Part shown: in pieces, positions 27,450-41,351 of the stretch | How positions within the stretch are numbered: the first letter of the stretch is position 1 | Layout of the letters: the number at the start of each line of letters is the position of its first letter | Assembly (NCBI GenBank): GCA_037379345.1 | Contig: CM074513.1 | Location: 44,867,195 to 44,931,194, forward strand | DNA from: Perna viridis | Taxonomy: Eukaryota | DNA: 64,000 nucleotides | Direction: 5' to 3' | Made by a program: the position numbers and the translations under genes | The notes under the pieces: generated by a model | Database searches by the model: none | Told to the model about the DNA's origin: nothing | What the model saw: the letters and a program-made list of their open reading frames with translations, nothing else

Positions 27450-29514
27450 CCGAATGCATTAGGAAACTCATACAAAGTACATGTATGTCAACAAAATAAA
27501 GTACAAGTATGAATTGAGTAAACACAGTGGAGAACCAAGTAAGTGTAAAGACGTTACGCACGCTATTGCAGCTGTGTTGAAAAAAAAACCACACATATGT
27601 AAACTATAAATGACTATTGTAAACAATTAAAACAGTGAATATGTGAAAGCTGAACACTGTTGGAATCAGGACAAATTATTAGTTCTGAATATTTGTCACA
27701 AATGGTACTTCTAATTCTTTATAATCAATTAAACTTTCCAAAACCCGTAAAAACGTCAAAATTCCGCCTGTCAGGTGCAACGAACTGTAGGCCCCAAAAA
27801 GATAAAATAGTGAATTACGCTATTGCAGAGGGGGCGAATAATTTGATAAAGTTCGTTTTGTGATAATTATCGAAATTGCGTTAATTTTCGGCAAAAAATA
27901 TTCAATGCAAAAATGACAGTGTTGGTAAATGGTCAGATTTCTAAAAGTATTCAGTAATCAAATTCTGTTATTAATGTAAGAACTTATTTACACAATATTC
28001 TTTTCCGATTAATGTTTCCTATAAATGTTCATACTTTCAGCAATTGTACGTCGGCATTGGATAAAATTTACAGTACAAACAAAAAAGTTACGTCTCTGAA
28101 AATGTCTAGCAAAATGTCAGATGTCAATACTTCCAGGGTTCGTTGAAAAAATTTCATGCTCCAACGCAATTCTACAATCAATTGGCATTTTTTCTACCAA
28201 ATAAAGATACTTTGTAATTGTACATACACTTAGGAATACACATATTTCATTTTTTGTCATTTATGATTTAAACTGTTTAAAACGGATAAAATTCGAACAA
28301 AATAAATGTCTAGCGATTTGTCCGACTTTCACTTTTTAAACGTTTGGAACGTTTTCCGTCGATCGGGAAATGGGGAAATAAAACGGAAATAATCTCTGCT
28401 TTGGATAACAAGAACCAGACACTTAGACTCGTCCCTGCAATTAAAAGTATAGAACATGCAACAGAAAGAGACAAAAAAATCGAAATTGATGGGATACAAA
28501 AAGACTAAAAGTATTTTTATTTTGTGTTATTAACAAACGAAAGAATATTATTTAATAAACCAAAAAAGAATTGAATAAATTCTTAGTTAAGAGGAATTCG
28601 ATCGGAGTGGAATGACTGAAACGCAACATAGAGTTGACAGAAAAAAGGTATAGAAAAGCAGAATGCTAATAGATAGAATGAAAGTAGAAAAGGGAGTAAT
28701 TTTTTATTCGGAAAGCGCAAATGAGCAAATGAAATGAAAATCTTCATCAATGGGCGGCTATCTAATGGGTGTTGTGAAAGGTCCAAATTTATGCTATTGG
28801 TACATGTAACATAAAATCACACATGTATATCAAAATGCAAAAGGAGAAAGTTGCAATGTTCTCTCTCTAGACAGACAGAGTGTACATGTACATGTATGTT
28901 GCAGTTGCATTCCACCCTGCGGTCCACATGCATGCGCAAATTTAATTTACCGGTAGTACTGGTAATCAATTAGATTACTATTTTCGATTTTCTAAGAAAT
29001 GTTCAAGACATTTCAATTGCTACAAAAATTATTGTATATTTCTCTATACTGTACACGTGTTTCAATAAGCAAGCAAGCAAGAAGCGAAAAGTTTCGACAA
29101 ACGTTGAACTCCGCCGTCATCGCATGTGCCGCAATAGTGTGCGTATCGTCATAATGACATGCTCAGCCAAAGGGAGACAAATCTAAAAAGTTAAGACATA
29201 CTAGATTTTATGAGAAACACATTCCAATTTCAGTTCTATTATTTCATAGAATCGATAATTGGTGCAAACAGCATATAAGCAAAACAAAGCACACTTATCT
29301 ATAGGTTTTTGTATTCTCTTCATGTGAAAAATACACACAGGATGAAAACTGTATTTTACTCCTGATAACAAACACAATAGAAGAGGACTTTTGACTTCGA
29401 ATTCAGTTTTGGATTGAATACGTATAGTAAAAAACAATTCAACTATTTATTAATGATTTTGTTGTTTGCATCATTTTAAAAAATGAATAACCGAAAATAC
29501 TAGTATAGATAAAA

Positions 29515-29710
29515 TATAATGAGAATGGATGAAGTGAATATATCAAAGAGACAAAAATCCCACGAGGATAAAAAATGTCAACTTAAGGCCACTCATGGGT
29601 TTCAATGAATGCGAGGAAACCCTCACATCACAGAGCAGGCTGCAGCTGGCCCCCAAACAATATTATCAATACGTACAGTGAAATAGTTGCCCCAATTTAC
29701 TCCTAAAACT
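29515..29710. mobile_element. Interspersed repeat fragment (Penelope pseudo-LTR-like)
   Basis: GAGAATGG...ATATATCAAAGAGACA has an inverted homologue at about 37340-37440. Family assignment is from recollection of bivalve repeats. Confidence 0.45.
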
Positions 29711-30059
29711 GAGCATAATTTTTCAAATTCGAATAACATTTTTTTCATTAAGGTAACAGCTTTGTCCATCCATTTTTAAACTTGTTAAGTGTTTAGAGGA
29801 AGGTGAATAAATTAAGAAAATTACAGCCAGCTTTGATTTTATTCCTTTTTCTCGTTTTTCTTTTTTTTTTCTTTCTTTCTTTTTTTTTTGTTTGTTTTTG
29901 TTGTTGTTTCTGTTGCTTTTTTCTTTAACAAAATTAAGCCAATAATACCACACTTGAATACAAGACATGATAATACAGATAGACATCTAAGAACAAAGAC
30001 TAAACAGGAAAAAATATAAAACATTTCTAGACCTCATATAACCATAAATGCACACACAT

Positions 30060-32670
30060 GAAATCGAAAACAAATGAATCACTGAGATTGTATTTGCTAT
30101 ACGTTTTGACACGATGCCCTAACATTAATACGGAAATAAAAGTTGTATTTTGCGGTTGCCATCAGAGGCAAAGGTATCAATCACTGCGTCGATATCAATG
30201 TCAATCTCCGGGTGAATATTGCGTCATTGACAACCCATTAAACCTTTCCTCAACCATTGCCGATCGGAGGTAGGTTTTCACTCGTTTCGTTGCACTAAAG
30301 GATCTTTCTGTGGTGGCCTGTGGATTTTTTTTAGATAATTCAGGATTTACATGTTAGAGTTTCAATAGGTGTACTAGGCTTATCATTAATCTCTTTACAT
30401 CGCCATCTGATCATTTCTGTCCTAAAGGTAGCAAACTCATTTTCAGACAGATCTGCTCTGAATGGTTCAAAAACCTTAGGTTCTTTTTCCATTGTTAGAG
30501 ATGCAAGTCTGGAAGGAACAAGATTTTGAACGAGAAACCTGTCTTGAGGAACAACAATCGGTCCTTCAATTTCATTCGCTATACGGTCGAGCAATGGATA
30601 AAATATTGATCGTCGCAAATATTGTTCAGGTGTATCCGCTGGTATATTTTTTTCTATGCTGTTGTCTTCCTGCCGTTCTAGGTTTGCTTGGTTCTACACA
30701 TTGATCTTTTGCCAGTTTGAGGATGTCCCTATACCACTCCTGCAAATTGCTATCATCTTGTCTGATTCTCCTAAAAGAAGAAATTACAGTCTTGGCTTCT
30801 GATGTTGCCTCTATCAGGTCAATACAGGGTTTCTGTAACAAAGTTGATAGTTTCAAAATAAGTTGCAAGACTCGTTCTGTTATAACCAATGCGGCCATGA
30901 ATCCAAAATCTTGAATGGCAAGCTTCAGCTGCTTCACATTTTTATCGCTACCTGACGCGAAATCTTTCAAGTTATCAACAATTATTGGATAGGCAGCAAT
31001 GAATGTGTCCAGAGCGTCTACTTGACCATCTCGTCTTACACATACTCTTTATTTTTGTTCTACCATCAGGGGCCTCTCTCTGTTCTGGATCAGCCTGCTC
31101 TAACATTGTTTTAAGTCTTCCAGTCCATTTTGAAGAATACCCAAAAGCAAATGATACATTCTTAACTAAGCGAAGGAAGTTGACATGATTTGACAACAGC
31201 TAAGTTCAAGCAGTGAACATAACAGTGCACATAATGAGGTTTTGGAATTTCAGCTTGAATACGAGTGCTAACGCCCGATGGTTTATCTGACATATTCGCC
31301 GCTCCATCGTACCTCTGATCTCTCATTGCCTGCATAATGACCCAATACTAATTCAGTTTATCCATTATAGTTTTCGCCAGATTCACCCTCTTTATTAAAA
31401 CCGACATAACGCAAGCATAACGAAACCTGTTGGACGGTAGAAACATCAGTAGTTTATCTGCAATTATGCTAAAACAGTTTGCAGAATTACACTAATCGAC
31501 GATTTGTTGTCGTAACTGTTGGTCCAAAATATGAATTAACTCATTTTGTATCTGGGGTGATAGATATCTAGCGTTTGGGGGACTACCTTGTAAATGGTCA
31601 GACAAAATCCTATCATTTTCTGCCCTAAATTTGATAAGAGCAATGAAATAATGTTTCTTTCGGTACGACCACGCAGGGAAATGTCCTGCTTTCCACACAA
31701 ATAAATAGTCTTTAATATACTTTTCAAGATAGCCCTGTTTCTTGATATTTCACTTTGAAATGAGCTACTCAACATTGAGACAACATCATCCCTTTTACCT
31801 TCAGCAATTTTCATAAAATTTTCACTCATTTCAATACACTTGTCATGACTAGGTTGGCCCAAATGGCATTTTATCAAAGTTATCAAATTTGCCCAGTTCT
31901 TACAAAAGCATTAACAGAACTTTTGAATAAAACGCAAAACAAACAATGCACTGCATTTTTTAACTCGGAATATCTTAACCAGGGTTGTATATGTTCGATT
32001 AAAACCTCTTTTCACTCCCCGAATTTCTGTAAGAGGAAATACAAACGAAGCGGGAACAATCCATTTATTTTTCAGTAGAAAGAACTTTTGTTTGTCGTTA
32101 ACCTTTCCCTGTATGATGCAATTATATCAAAGTTGTATGGCTAGCGTATTGTATTCAGTGATACATTGAACAGGACAAGCAGACATATCTGGCTCCGACA
32201 ATACTTGAGGTTCTATAAACCCTTGTTTACTTGTATCTGTGGAAGCAGTTTTTTGCTGTTTTGAAAAGTATTGTGATAATTTACTTTGTTCTTTGCTCAA
32301 AGCATATGCTGGTGAAGAGGATGACTTCTCTTCATTTTAATTTACATGTATAAGTAACGTGAGGAAGATTATGTTTTAATTTCGAGTCGTCGATTAAAGC
32401 GTGTTTATCCAAGACGCATATTTCAAAATCAACACACGGACGCTAGTTTAATTGAACTGATCTTGAATAGGTCTTGAACCTATGAAACTTAAACACCACA
32501 GTTACATTTAAATGATCGAGTGTTTAATAGAAAGTAATATTAATTCCAGATGTGATTGTTACAAGCAAATTAATGTAAATGTAAAGCCAAGGTTGTGAAA
32601 AACTAATAAAAAAATTGTTAATTAATTTGTAAACACATGCTTACACTGCTTTAATGGCGCTACGCCACTG
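30060..32670 (-). mobile_element. Decayed hAT DNA transposon (ZMYM1/P52rIPK-like transposase: TTF zinc finger, DUF4371, hATC), left end not found
   Basis: Frameshifted minus-strand motifs PWLRYSELKNAVHCLFC, LCGKQDISLRG, YLSPQIQNELI, YDGAANMS, YVHCYVHCLNL, CKTRWSSR, ERSFSATKRVKTYLRS. Terminus CAGTGGCGTAGCGCC at 32670. Confidence 0.9.
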
Positions 32671-32940
32671 ATACAGAGGCCAGTTATTCCTGACTTGGGA
32701 CTGGCGCAATAAAATGCAGCGGGGTTAAAGTAATTTATGTGATCACAACCATCCCCTTTTTAATTGGCCAATGTGGAAAAATATTACACAATTAAACACA
32801 CCTACAAATCAGTTCAAAAAGGCCCGAGTTCCTTAAAACAGAAATGAAGAAGCTTATAATACGCTACACAAATTCACAAACAAAAGACTAATAGCAGATA
32901 ACAAACATACCAGCTCCATACCAGTTTAAACCTACAAAAA
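32671..32940. mobile_element. Probable continuation of the 29515-29710 repeat beyond the hAT insertion
   Basis: CCTGACTTGGGAC...GCGGGGTTAAA motif recalled as following GGCCCC.AAACA in the same bivalve repeat. Confidence 0.35.
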
Positions 32941-35534
32941 GATATGCCCTCATCGTATGTAATATCAATCCCAATTCTATAATGTGTTAATTTCTCTATG
33001 TAAAAACTTGTGAGCGAATCGATGTTAATGTAAAAACAGTGCTATATTTAACTATTTGACAATAACATTATAACTATATCCCTTATGAATTAGTATATTC
33101 AGCGGTTCGATCAACTTACCGGGTGAATATTGAGCTTTCCGTGTTCTGTGAAAAATATTACCATAAATATATGTTGGGAGATACTCGCACGTACTAATGG
33201 TTTAAAATGGCATCTGTATTTGAGAATTAATTCCTCTTTTTGCAACGCAGTGTCCAACGCAGATAGTTTTATGCCTTAAAAAGGGTCGGGTCTACTACTT
33301 TACATGATGTTAACATTTGCCAAACAGTGTATGTTTATAGATACAATTGTACTTAAAAAGATAAAAGAGCCTGGGTAATTTTGAATTAAGTTATATCCAT
33401 GCTTTGCCAAACTTTTTGCTTTCACAATCCGCATTCCAAGAATTGAGTAAGAATAAAATCCAATGGAAAAGAATGTATTTTCTGCTTTTATTTTCAAAAG
33501 TAATAGTAAAATGTATTGGAGTATTTTGTTTTAAGTTACGGTGGAACATAATTTTACAGTAGCTCTTCAAACTTTACGAAGAGAGGGAATACGAACCACA
33601 CCAGTGGTATAGTCTGTTAAAACCAAATTGTTTCTATCAAATAAAAATGCTTTTATTTCAAATTAGTTGTGACTGAAAGGTCTTGTTACAATGAATCCAT
33701 TTATACCTGTTTTACTTAGTAGAGCACTAGTATAAAACAAATCGAAAAGGCATTGTGAAATTAAGTTGAACTGAGAATGCTTTCATAATGACAATATCGA
33801 TGTTTAAATGTTTAAAATTTAAATCTATTTGTGAGTTGTTTTTGTACCAGAGTTACTCCGCTTTCTAAAGAAAACACCAGTGCACTATTTCGAAAGCCAG
33901 ACTATTTTAACATCTTAATTCTAAAAAAACGAGAACAAAATATGTAAAACTATTAACATACATAAGACTGCCAAAATGGATCCCAATGCATTTATTTTGG
34001 GTTTTGCTGTCACGCAACTATGCATACAAGTAACACAATTTTAACAATATGTATAGTATTTAGCCAATTTAACATTATAAATCCTTTTAAAATTTGTATT
34101 CATGCTTTGCAGTGTGCATTTGATTGAAATTTTTCCTTTAAAATATACACAAAACTAAATATTTACTTTTTTGTAATATTGACATTGGCATAGAACAAAT
34201 TACTTAATAAGTTATAGGTCAATATAAATCTTCTAAATATATCGTTTACATAAGTGTTGACGTAAATCTTCATGTTGTTATATTCTAAATTTTGTGTACC
34301 TATATCCTTATTTACCTAAACACTCAATTGAAGAGGTAAACATTACGTTTGCAAGAGTGTATATCATTGTATTTATACATTAAGAGCCTTGAATTTCTAC
34401 TTTCATGTTAAAACATCAATAACGCTCTTTACTGATGACTTTATGTGTAACGTCGCTTGCATAATAAATGTCATTCTAAAAGAGCAAAATATAAATCGAT
34501 ATTGCAATATTGAGTATCTTTCTGTGGTATACATGAAAAACACTGATGGTTTGTAATTTCAAAATAAAGGGACATTAAAATGTTTTAAATACGACTAGAT
34601 AATTGTTTTTTTTTCATAAAAAAAAACTCATTTCACTAAACAAAGGCGCACTAACAAACTTACTTAAATAGTTCCTTTACATCGTTAGTTTCGGGAATAA
34701 AGTAAGGTTTGTATGCATTTAAAATAAATTTTGAAGCTCACATCTCAAGGAACATTAGTCAAATTACACTAGAAATAGAAAAGAATAATTCATAGCAAGA
34801 ACCCACAATACTAAAACAAATGAAAGCATGGAACATATAGATAGAGTAAACAACCCATGCTTTCAGAATGAGTGGCTCATTTCTTTTCTGGTTTAATACA
34901 ACAGAAAAATATTGTTACTGATGAAAGAAATATATCCCTTTGAAATAAATTTGCCCTGATTGAATAAATTTGTCCTCATGGAATAAATTCGTTCCGATGG
35001 AATAGATATGAGTACTGCGGACAGGTATCAAACAGTGCTTTAGTTTTCGAGTTTAACAGGTCTAGAGGGTATAAGATCAATTGACCCCAACACATCTTAA
35101 TAAGAAATTCAAATGATATCGTGTCTTGTAGGTATCGGAAAACATGTAACACGTAAAGATCATATGTATATAATATCAAAAATGTAAAAAAAGAACTTTT
35201 TTCGAAAAAAGTTGACTATTTAATCACAGAACAAAATGGTTGCATTTTAGTGCATTTTTATTGATTAAAATATAATAAGACACGGTAGAATACTACAATG
35301 TATATCTAAATATTCCTCAAGCATCCGTCCATAGGTTCTTATATAACTGATGTCATTCCGGATTTATATGAAGTCCGACATTAATTAAAAATCATCTATT
35401 ATGTGACGGTGAAAAAGAACGTTACAAAGATTTTTGTGTAAATGAAATTGTAATTACAAATAAAATCGGCATTTACTATCATATAGACTGATCAAAGGTT
35501 TCCAAGTTATGAGTGGCTTATTTATGATTCCTAG

Positions 35535-35638
35535 CTTTTATAGGATCTTCGCTAGGCAAGGGTTACGACCGGTCCTGTCCCTCCCTTTTAGAGGATCTTC
35601 GCAAGGCAAGGGTTACGACCGGTCCTGTTTCTCCCTTT
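35535..35638. repeat. Tandem duplication of ~50 bp
   Basis: AGGATCTTCGC.AGGCAAGGGTTACGACCGGTCCTGT..CTCCCTTT twice. Confidence 0.9.
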
Positions 35639-36178
35639 GCCATGAAGTCGCTCACTTATTCATTTTTTACGTAAATAGATAGACGTGATTGGCTGCTCGG
35701 AAATTGAAAATATGGCATCGTAAACATTTAAAACAACTTTTCTACCTTGTCAAAATATGACAACAGAAGTAACGATACTTCATTATAATAATCAATCAAT
35801 TCAATGCACAAACTACTACTACAACTGCTCTGTATATGTATGTTTACACAGCAAAAAAAGTAAGTTTATAACAACTTATAGACAGTAATAGCAAATAATA
35901 CATTGTACCCCCTGTTTATAAATGTTTTGTTCATAGCCCTCTCTTTTTCTAATGTTCTTGATTCTCCCCTACTCTGGACAATGATGTTTCCTTTGAACTA
36001 ATATTTTATAACAACTATGTTACCATTGTGTTCTATTCATAAGCTATTAAAATGGAGTCTTTTTAAAGGAAAAAAAAATATAAGAAGTTCTATTCCTTAA
36101 CGACAATTTTGTGCGTTGGAATTTTTACAAGGACTTAGGTTTGTTTTTATCAACTCTTTTAGTATACTCCGTTCAGAG

Positions 36179-36352
36179 CAGTGGTGGATCCAGAGGGGTT
36201 GCTGGGGGGTTGGCACCCCCTTTTTATTGAAAAATTTGTCATTTTCATGTGTTAAATTGACAAAAAACGGTGAATAATGTCCTATCACCCCCCTTTTTCA
36301 GAGTAACCGCGGCTACCACCCCTCCTTTTCAAAGTGTCTGAAACCGCCTCTG
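36179..36352. mobile_element. MITE with CAG termini and 5-bp flanking direct repeat
   Basis: Imperfect TIRs CAGTGGTGGATCCAGA / TCTGAAACCGCCTCTG, CAGAG at 36174-36178 and 36353-36357. Confidence 0.7.
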
Positions 36353-37104
36353 CAGAGGATATTGCATTACAATCATTAGCGTGGCGCACAGTTAAAATAA
36401 TTGCAAACAACATCATAAGACATAAATATTGTGACATCATGAATGCACATCTATGCACTTGCTTCACAGTTCGACGTTCACAGTTTATGTAATATCAAAT
36501 TTATTACGAAATCATGTTATGAACCCAAGAGTCGCATTTTTTGTTTGAGAATCCATAGTTAAATCTTTAACGTTTTATCTGAAGTCCAAATATATAAAGA
36601 AAAATACAAAAAACAAAAGTATGCCTGATTTTTGTATGTACAAGAATAAAATCGCACAACCTTGTCCTTTCGCAAAAACGTAAGATACACTCGATACTTT
36701 TCATGTTTCTCTATTCATAAAACAGCCCCGGAGCTAGACAATTTGTCTGGAAACGATTCAGTAATATACGATTTCAGTACAATTAATAAATAAAATATGT
36801 GAAAATTGGTAACTTCAAACTCATTTTGCAAAGCTCATGTTGCAGATCAAATCGAGAACGTTGTGTTTATTTTATATTTTATTTATTAAAATATTTATCA
36901 AAGTGTGTTGGTGTCATTGATATTTGAATCCCTTCTCTAATTAATGCAAAATAGCAGAAAACTTTACAAATTTTCAATTAGAAAATAATGGTATTCAAAA
37001 ACTACATTTGGTATATTGATTTATCTTTACATTGACATATAATATAGCCGTATACCCTCTAGGCCCACTGAATTTCTAAAAATCCTTAGGCGTCCGCTGC
37101 ACTA

Positions 37105-37500
37105 AACATCCTGATGGAACAAATTTATCCCAATAGAATAGCTTTGTCTTGGTGGAACAAATCTATCCACATAGAATATATTTGTCCTGATGGAGCAAAT
37201 TTATCCACATGGAATACATGTATATTTGTGCTGTTGGAATAAAGCTGTCCTGATGGAATACATTTGTCCTGATAAAACACATTTATCCCGATGGAATAGA
37301 CCTGTCCTGATGGAATAAATCTGTCCTTGTGTAATAAATTCCTTGTCGTTATTTGAAGACCAATGGGTGGCTTTGGGCTGACATTTTCATCTCGGTGGGG
37401 TTGTTGTCTCTTTGACATATACACCATACCTATTCTCGTTATATTATCCTGTTGGAATAGATGTGCACTGACGGCATAAATCTGTCCCGATGGACTAACT
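37105..37500. repeat. Degenerate minisatellite (TGTCCTGATGGAATAAAT core) interrupted by a repeat fragment
   Basis: Recurrent TCCTGATGGA units, with related units at 34945-35005. Confidence 0.7.
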
Positions 37501-40289
37501 CTTTCCGTATTGAGGAGAGGAACATACAATATCAGTCATGTAAATAATGTCTATCTCAGAATTGTTCGTTGTGGTGCGGATAGTCAGAGAATAGAGGGTT
37601 GATTAATGCAACACATCTTTAAATTAAGGTTAAAGGACCTCGCCAAATAGATTTTTTTTATTAAAGGTATCATGAATAATAATACTTTAGTGATAAAGAA
37701 AAGGAAATAAAAAGATAAAAAATATTTTTTTTGAAAATTGTCAATTTAATGACAGATCTCATGGTTTGACTATGAATAGTAAATAAAACACAGAATATAA
37801 AACTTTATCAGTAGTGATTGATAAGTAAATTATATTTTATATTTGAATGTTGAGTAGAGAATCTGTCAATATAAAACATCTTTAGAATTGTCGTTGTTTG
37901 ATATTTCCATAAGGAAATTCTTATCGAATTTCGTACCTATCATAAATCTCTTTGTGAATAAAATTTTATTTCTGAAAGGATATGATGCACCGTTTAAATC
38001 TCTAATTGACGAAGGTAGCTTACTGTTTTCCGCAGTGGAAGGATATTATAAGCCATATACTTAATTTACTGTCAGTTAACAAAGAAAATCGAGAGTAACC
38101 TCATTATTTACTTTCTTCAACTTAATACTTACATCATGAATCATACAAACCACACATGACCTCTGATAAGAAGCGGGTATACACATATTGTACCTAAAGC
38201 AAAATACGTGTCTCATTGTGGTTGACCACATAAAACCACCTGTTCGTAACAAAAAATACTATAATTATATGAAAAATATTTCTTGTTTCGATAAGAACTG
38301 TACAAATTACAACAATGCTTTTGTATAGTAAGTTGGATGTACTGTATGTTATACCTATCAAAGTTCGTACAGTACTTAACAATAGAAAATCAGGTCTTCA
38401 TTATTCAAATTGAATGTGGTATTTTCATTTAATGTCAGAGTGTATAACAATCGTTACTATGAGATATAAGGTCTCAACGGGTTAATGGTAGATTTAATTT
38501 AAAGATCTACTATTTAGATGCACAACGTTCAAATTAATTGATGAAATCTAATAAAACATGAGTTTGTGTTAACCATATCGAGATTAACTTTTGGTTACAT
38601 TTATAAACCTTCATTCTCCATTTTCAGCAAAGATGTAGGTTCCTGTTATTAACAAAAACGCTTCTGTATGCATAGTATATGTCGAACGCAATAAGTCTTA
38701 ATCTCCCTTTTTAACTAATCATAATCAGTGTAATAGTACAAAACAAAAATACCACTCGGTTTGTTGTACACGTCTTTCAAAGAGTAACCTCTTTACTGCA
38801 GCATTAGAACCAAATTTTTAGAAAGTGAACTGTCCAAAACTAAAGAATATACATAAACTAAAAACAAAAATATGGAAAGTAGAAGCCGAATCAAATGCAG
38901 CACAAGAAATGAAACCTCAGTGTTTTAGGACATTGAATAATCTATATGATAAAAATCGGGTAGGACAAACATCGATCCCATCATCAAAATGGATTGCGAA
39001 TCAAAGCGGATTTCAATACGGTTCTTAATGCTTTATTGTTCACTTGTTGGGAAGTATTTGGTAAAAAAATTGATCTTTTATACTAAATAAAAGTCTTTAT
39101 ATCAATTATTGTATTGCATTGTTAAGTAAAATCAAATTAACATAATTTAACTTACAATTACATGTATTTACATTATTAATCCTTAATAACGATTTATAAC
39201 AAAACGTACAAAACAAACAAAATACATTGAGATAGAAGTACATGTAGGGAGAAACAAACATGTACAGCTTATACCTCCGTTCTCTGAAATATATTTGTGT
39301 TATTTATGGGATTCGATTGTTGATATGTGATTGTAAGTTGATGTAAAGACCACCCGTACTACATCACAAGTCTTAGTTTGTGATAATTCGTAAAGGGGTA
39401 CTTAGTTCACTTATAACGTATTTAGATGTAATGTACTTTTGTGTTTAAATAATATGGACACGTCTGTCTCTGTGAGCAATATTGTACAATAATGTAATTT
39501 TTAAGGTAAGTATAAAATCATACAAATTTTAAGACCAAAAGTTGGTTACCATCCTAGTGTGCCAAATACATAACAAAACACTCGGTAACAACATTCTAGG
39601 ATATTCAATAGTGGCGATACTATGCCGTAATAACCTTCAAAGGATCTTTATCCAAGTTTATTTTTCCTTATTAACAAACGGACATGAGTGGTTTGGCAAG
39701 TAACCTTTCTTTATGTTTCATTTCTTTAAATTTTCAATTTATCAAAAAATATATCACCCAATTGATATCTTATCAGCAATACAGACCTGTGTTTGAATTA
39801 CAAAAAGTGCATAGAAGTATTTATCAACGCTACGAGCAGAGCGTAGACTGAAGTTAACAGAATCCTGCTAATAATTGCGTTGCCATTTTCACCCACACAA
39901 TGACATTTAAAAGCAAACAATGCTATAGCAATGTCGGGTTTGCGTTGGAATTCCAACATTAGATTACACGAAGTGAAGTAATTTGGGCATTTTATGAAAA
40001 TTACACTATGCTTTCAGAATTACTTTTAAGTTGGAGAAAAATACCAAACATCAGATACCATTGTACGATCTTAGTCACTCCGTATAAACATCCTGATGTA
40101 ATTGGACAAATGTGTACAGTGCAAATAAAACCAGTTTTTGCTGCAATTGACCCTTAATCTATTAAAAAATCAACTCGTATTTAACTGTGTTTTTAATGAA
40201 TACGTGGTTATGTAAATCTTATAATATGATTATAAAACTAACTATATAAACACAAAGTTCACATAGATTAATTAGTAAAGTACATCAAA

Positions 40290-40815
40290 TACTGCTACAT
40301 ACTACATGTTCCATCCTAAGTCGAAAACTGCCGCGTACTACACATGTTCCATCCTAAGTCGAAAACTGCCACGTACTACACATGTTCCATCCTAAGTCGA
40401 AAACTGCCACGTACTACACATGTTCTATCCTAAGTCAAATACTGCCACATACTACACATGTTCCATCCTAAGTCGAAAACTGCCACGTACTACACATGTT
40501 CCATCCTAAGTCGAAAACTGCCGCGTACTATTATACATGTTCCACCCTAAGTAAAAAACTGCCACATACTACACATGCTCCATCCTAGGTCAAATACTGC
40601 CACGTACTACACATGGTCCACCCTAAGTAAAAAACTGCCACATACTACACATGCTACATCCTAGGTCAAATACTGCCACGTACTACACATGTTCCATCAT
40701 AAATCAAAAACTACCACGTACTACACATGTTCCACTCTAAGTCAAAAACTGCCACGTACTACACATGTTCCATCCTAAGTCAAATACTGCCACATACTAC
40801 ACATGTTCCATCCTG
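40290..40815. repeat. 37-38-bp tandem array, about 14 copies
   Basis: Unit ACTGCCACGTACTACACATGTTCCATCCTAAGTCGAAA. Confidence 0.95.
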
Positions 40816-40830
40816 TCTTCAAGTCAAAAC

Positions 40831-41351
40831 GCCCCGTGCAGGTCCGGGTGTTCAAAGAATAGGCCTGCAGCAGCGCTAAGCTTGTCGTAAAAGGCGACTA
40901 AATAGTGCTCAGAACCCTAGCCGGGGGCTAGGGCGCTCTGCCCACAGAGCAACTGGAATGTGTGCCCCAGGTGGTGGAATGGGGTACCCCTTGCGTGTTA
41001 CATGCTGGAGTTGTCAGACTATAATATGGAAAACTGACCGCAAACCATAGTGGTGCACCGTGTTGGGAAAGATGCCACGTTCCTCGCACGTTAAAGAACC
41101 CTACTGTGGTATTCTTCCGGAGTAGGAACCGTAGGGCTCCGCCACAGGAGGCTAAATTGCCCGACCCTACCCACCTCTCCCTATTGCCAGTGGCAATCAA
41201 AATTTGTCGACCCCATTGTCCTTGTGTCCCACCCCTTTTTCATTTCATCATCATTTCATGTTCATTTTATCATCATTTTCATGTTCATCGTCTGAATATA
41301 GCTGAAATATTGCTGCTCGGACGTTAAACCCCAACAAACAACAAACAAACA
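40831..41351 (+). mobile_element. ~520-bp non-autonomous retroposon, copy B
   Basis: 12-bp TSD TCAAGTCAAAAC at 40819-40830 and 41352-41363. 3' end GAAATATTGCTG...GACGTTAAACCCCAACAAAC(AAAC)n. Confidence 0.9.

Noticed and set aside
34420-34460. Hammerhead ribozyme core (CTGATGA)
   Set aside because: No GAAA partner or closing stems are visible.
37125-37529. 134-aa ORF with PSGQ repeats
   Set aside because: Reads through a degenerate minisatellite and an interspersed repeat fragment.
40290-40815. CRISPR-like 38-bp array
   Set aside because: Head-to-tail tandem repeat without spacers.
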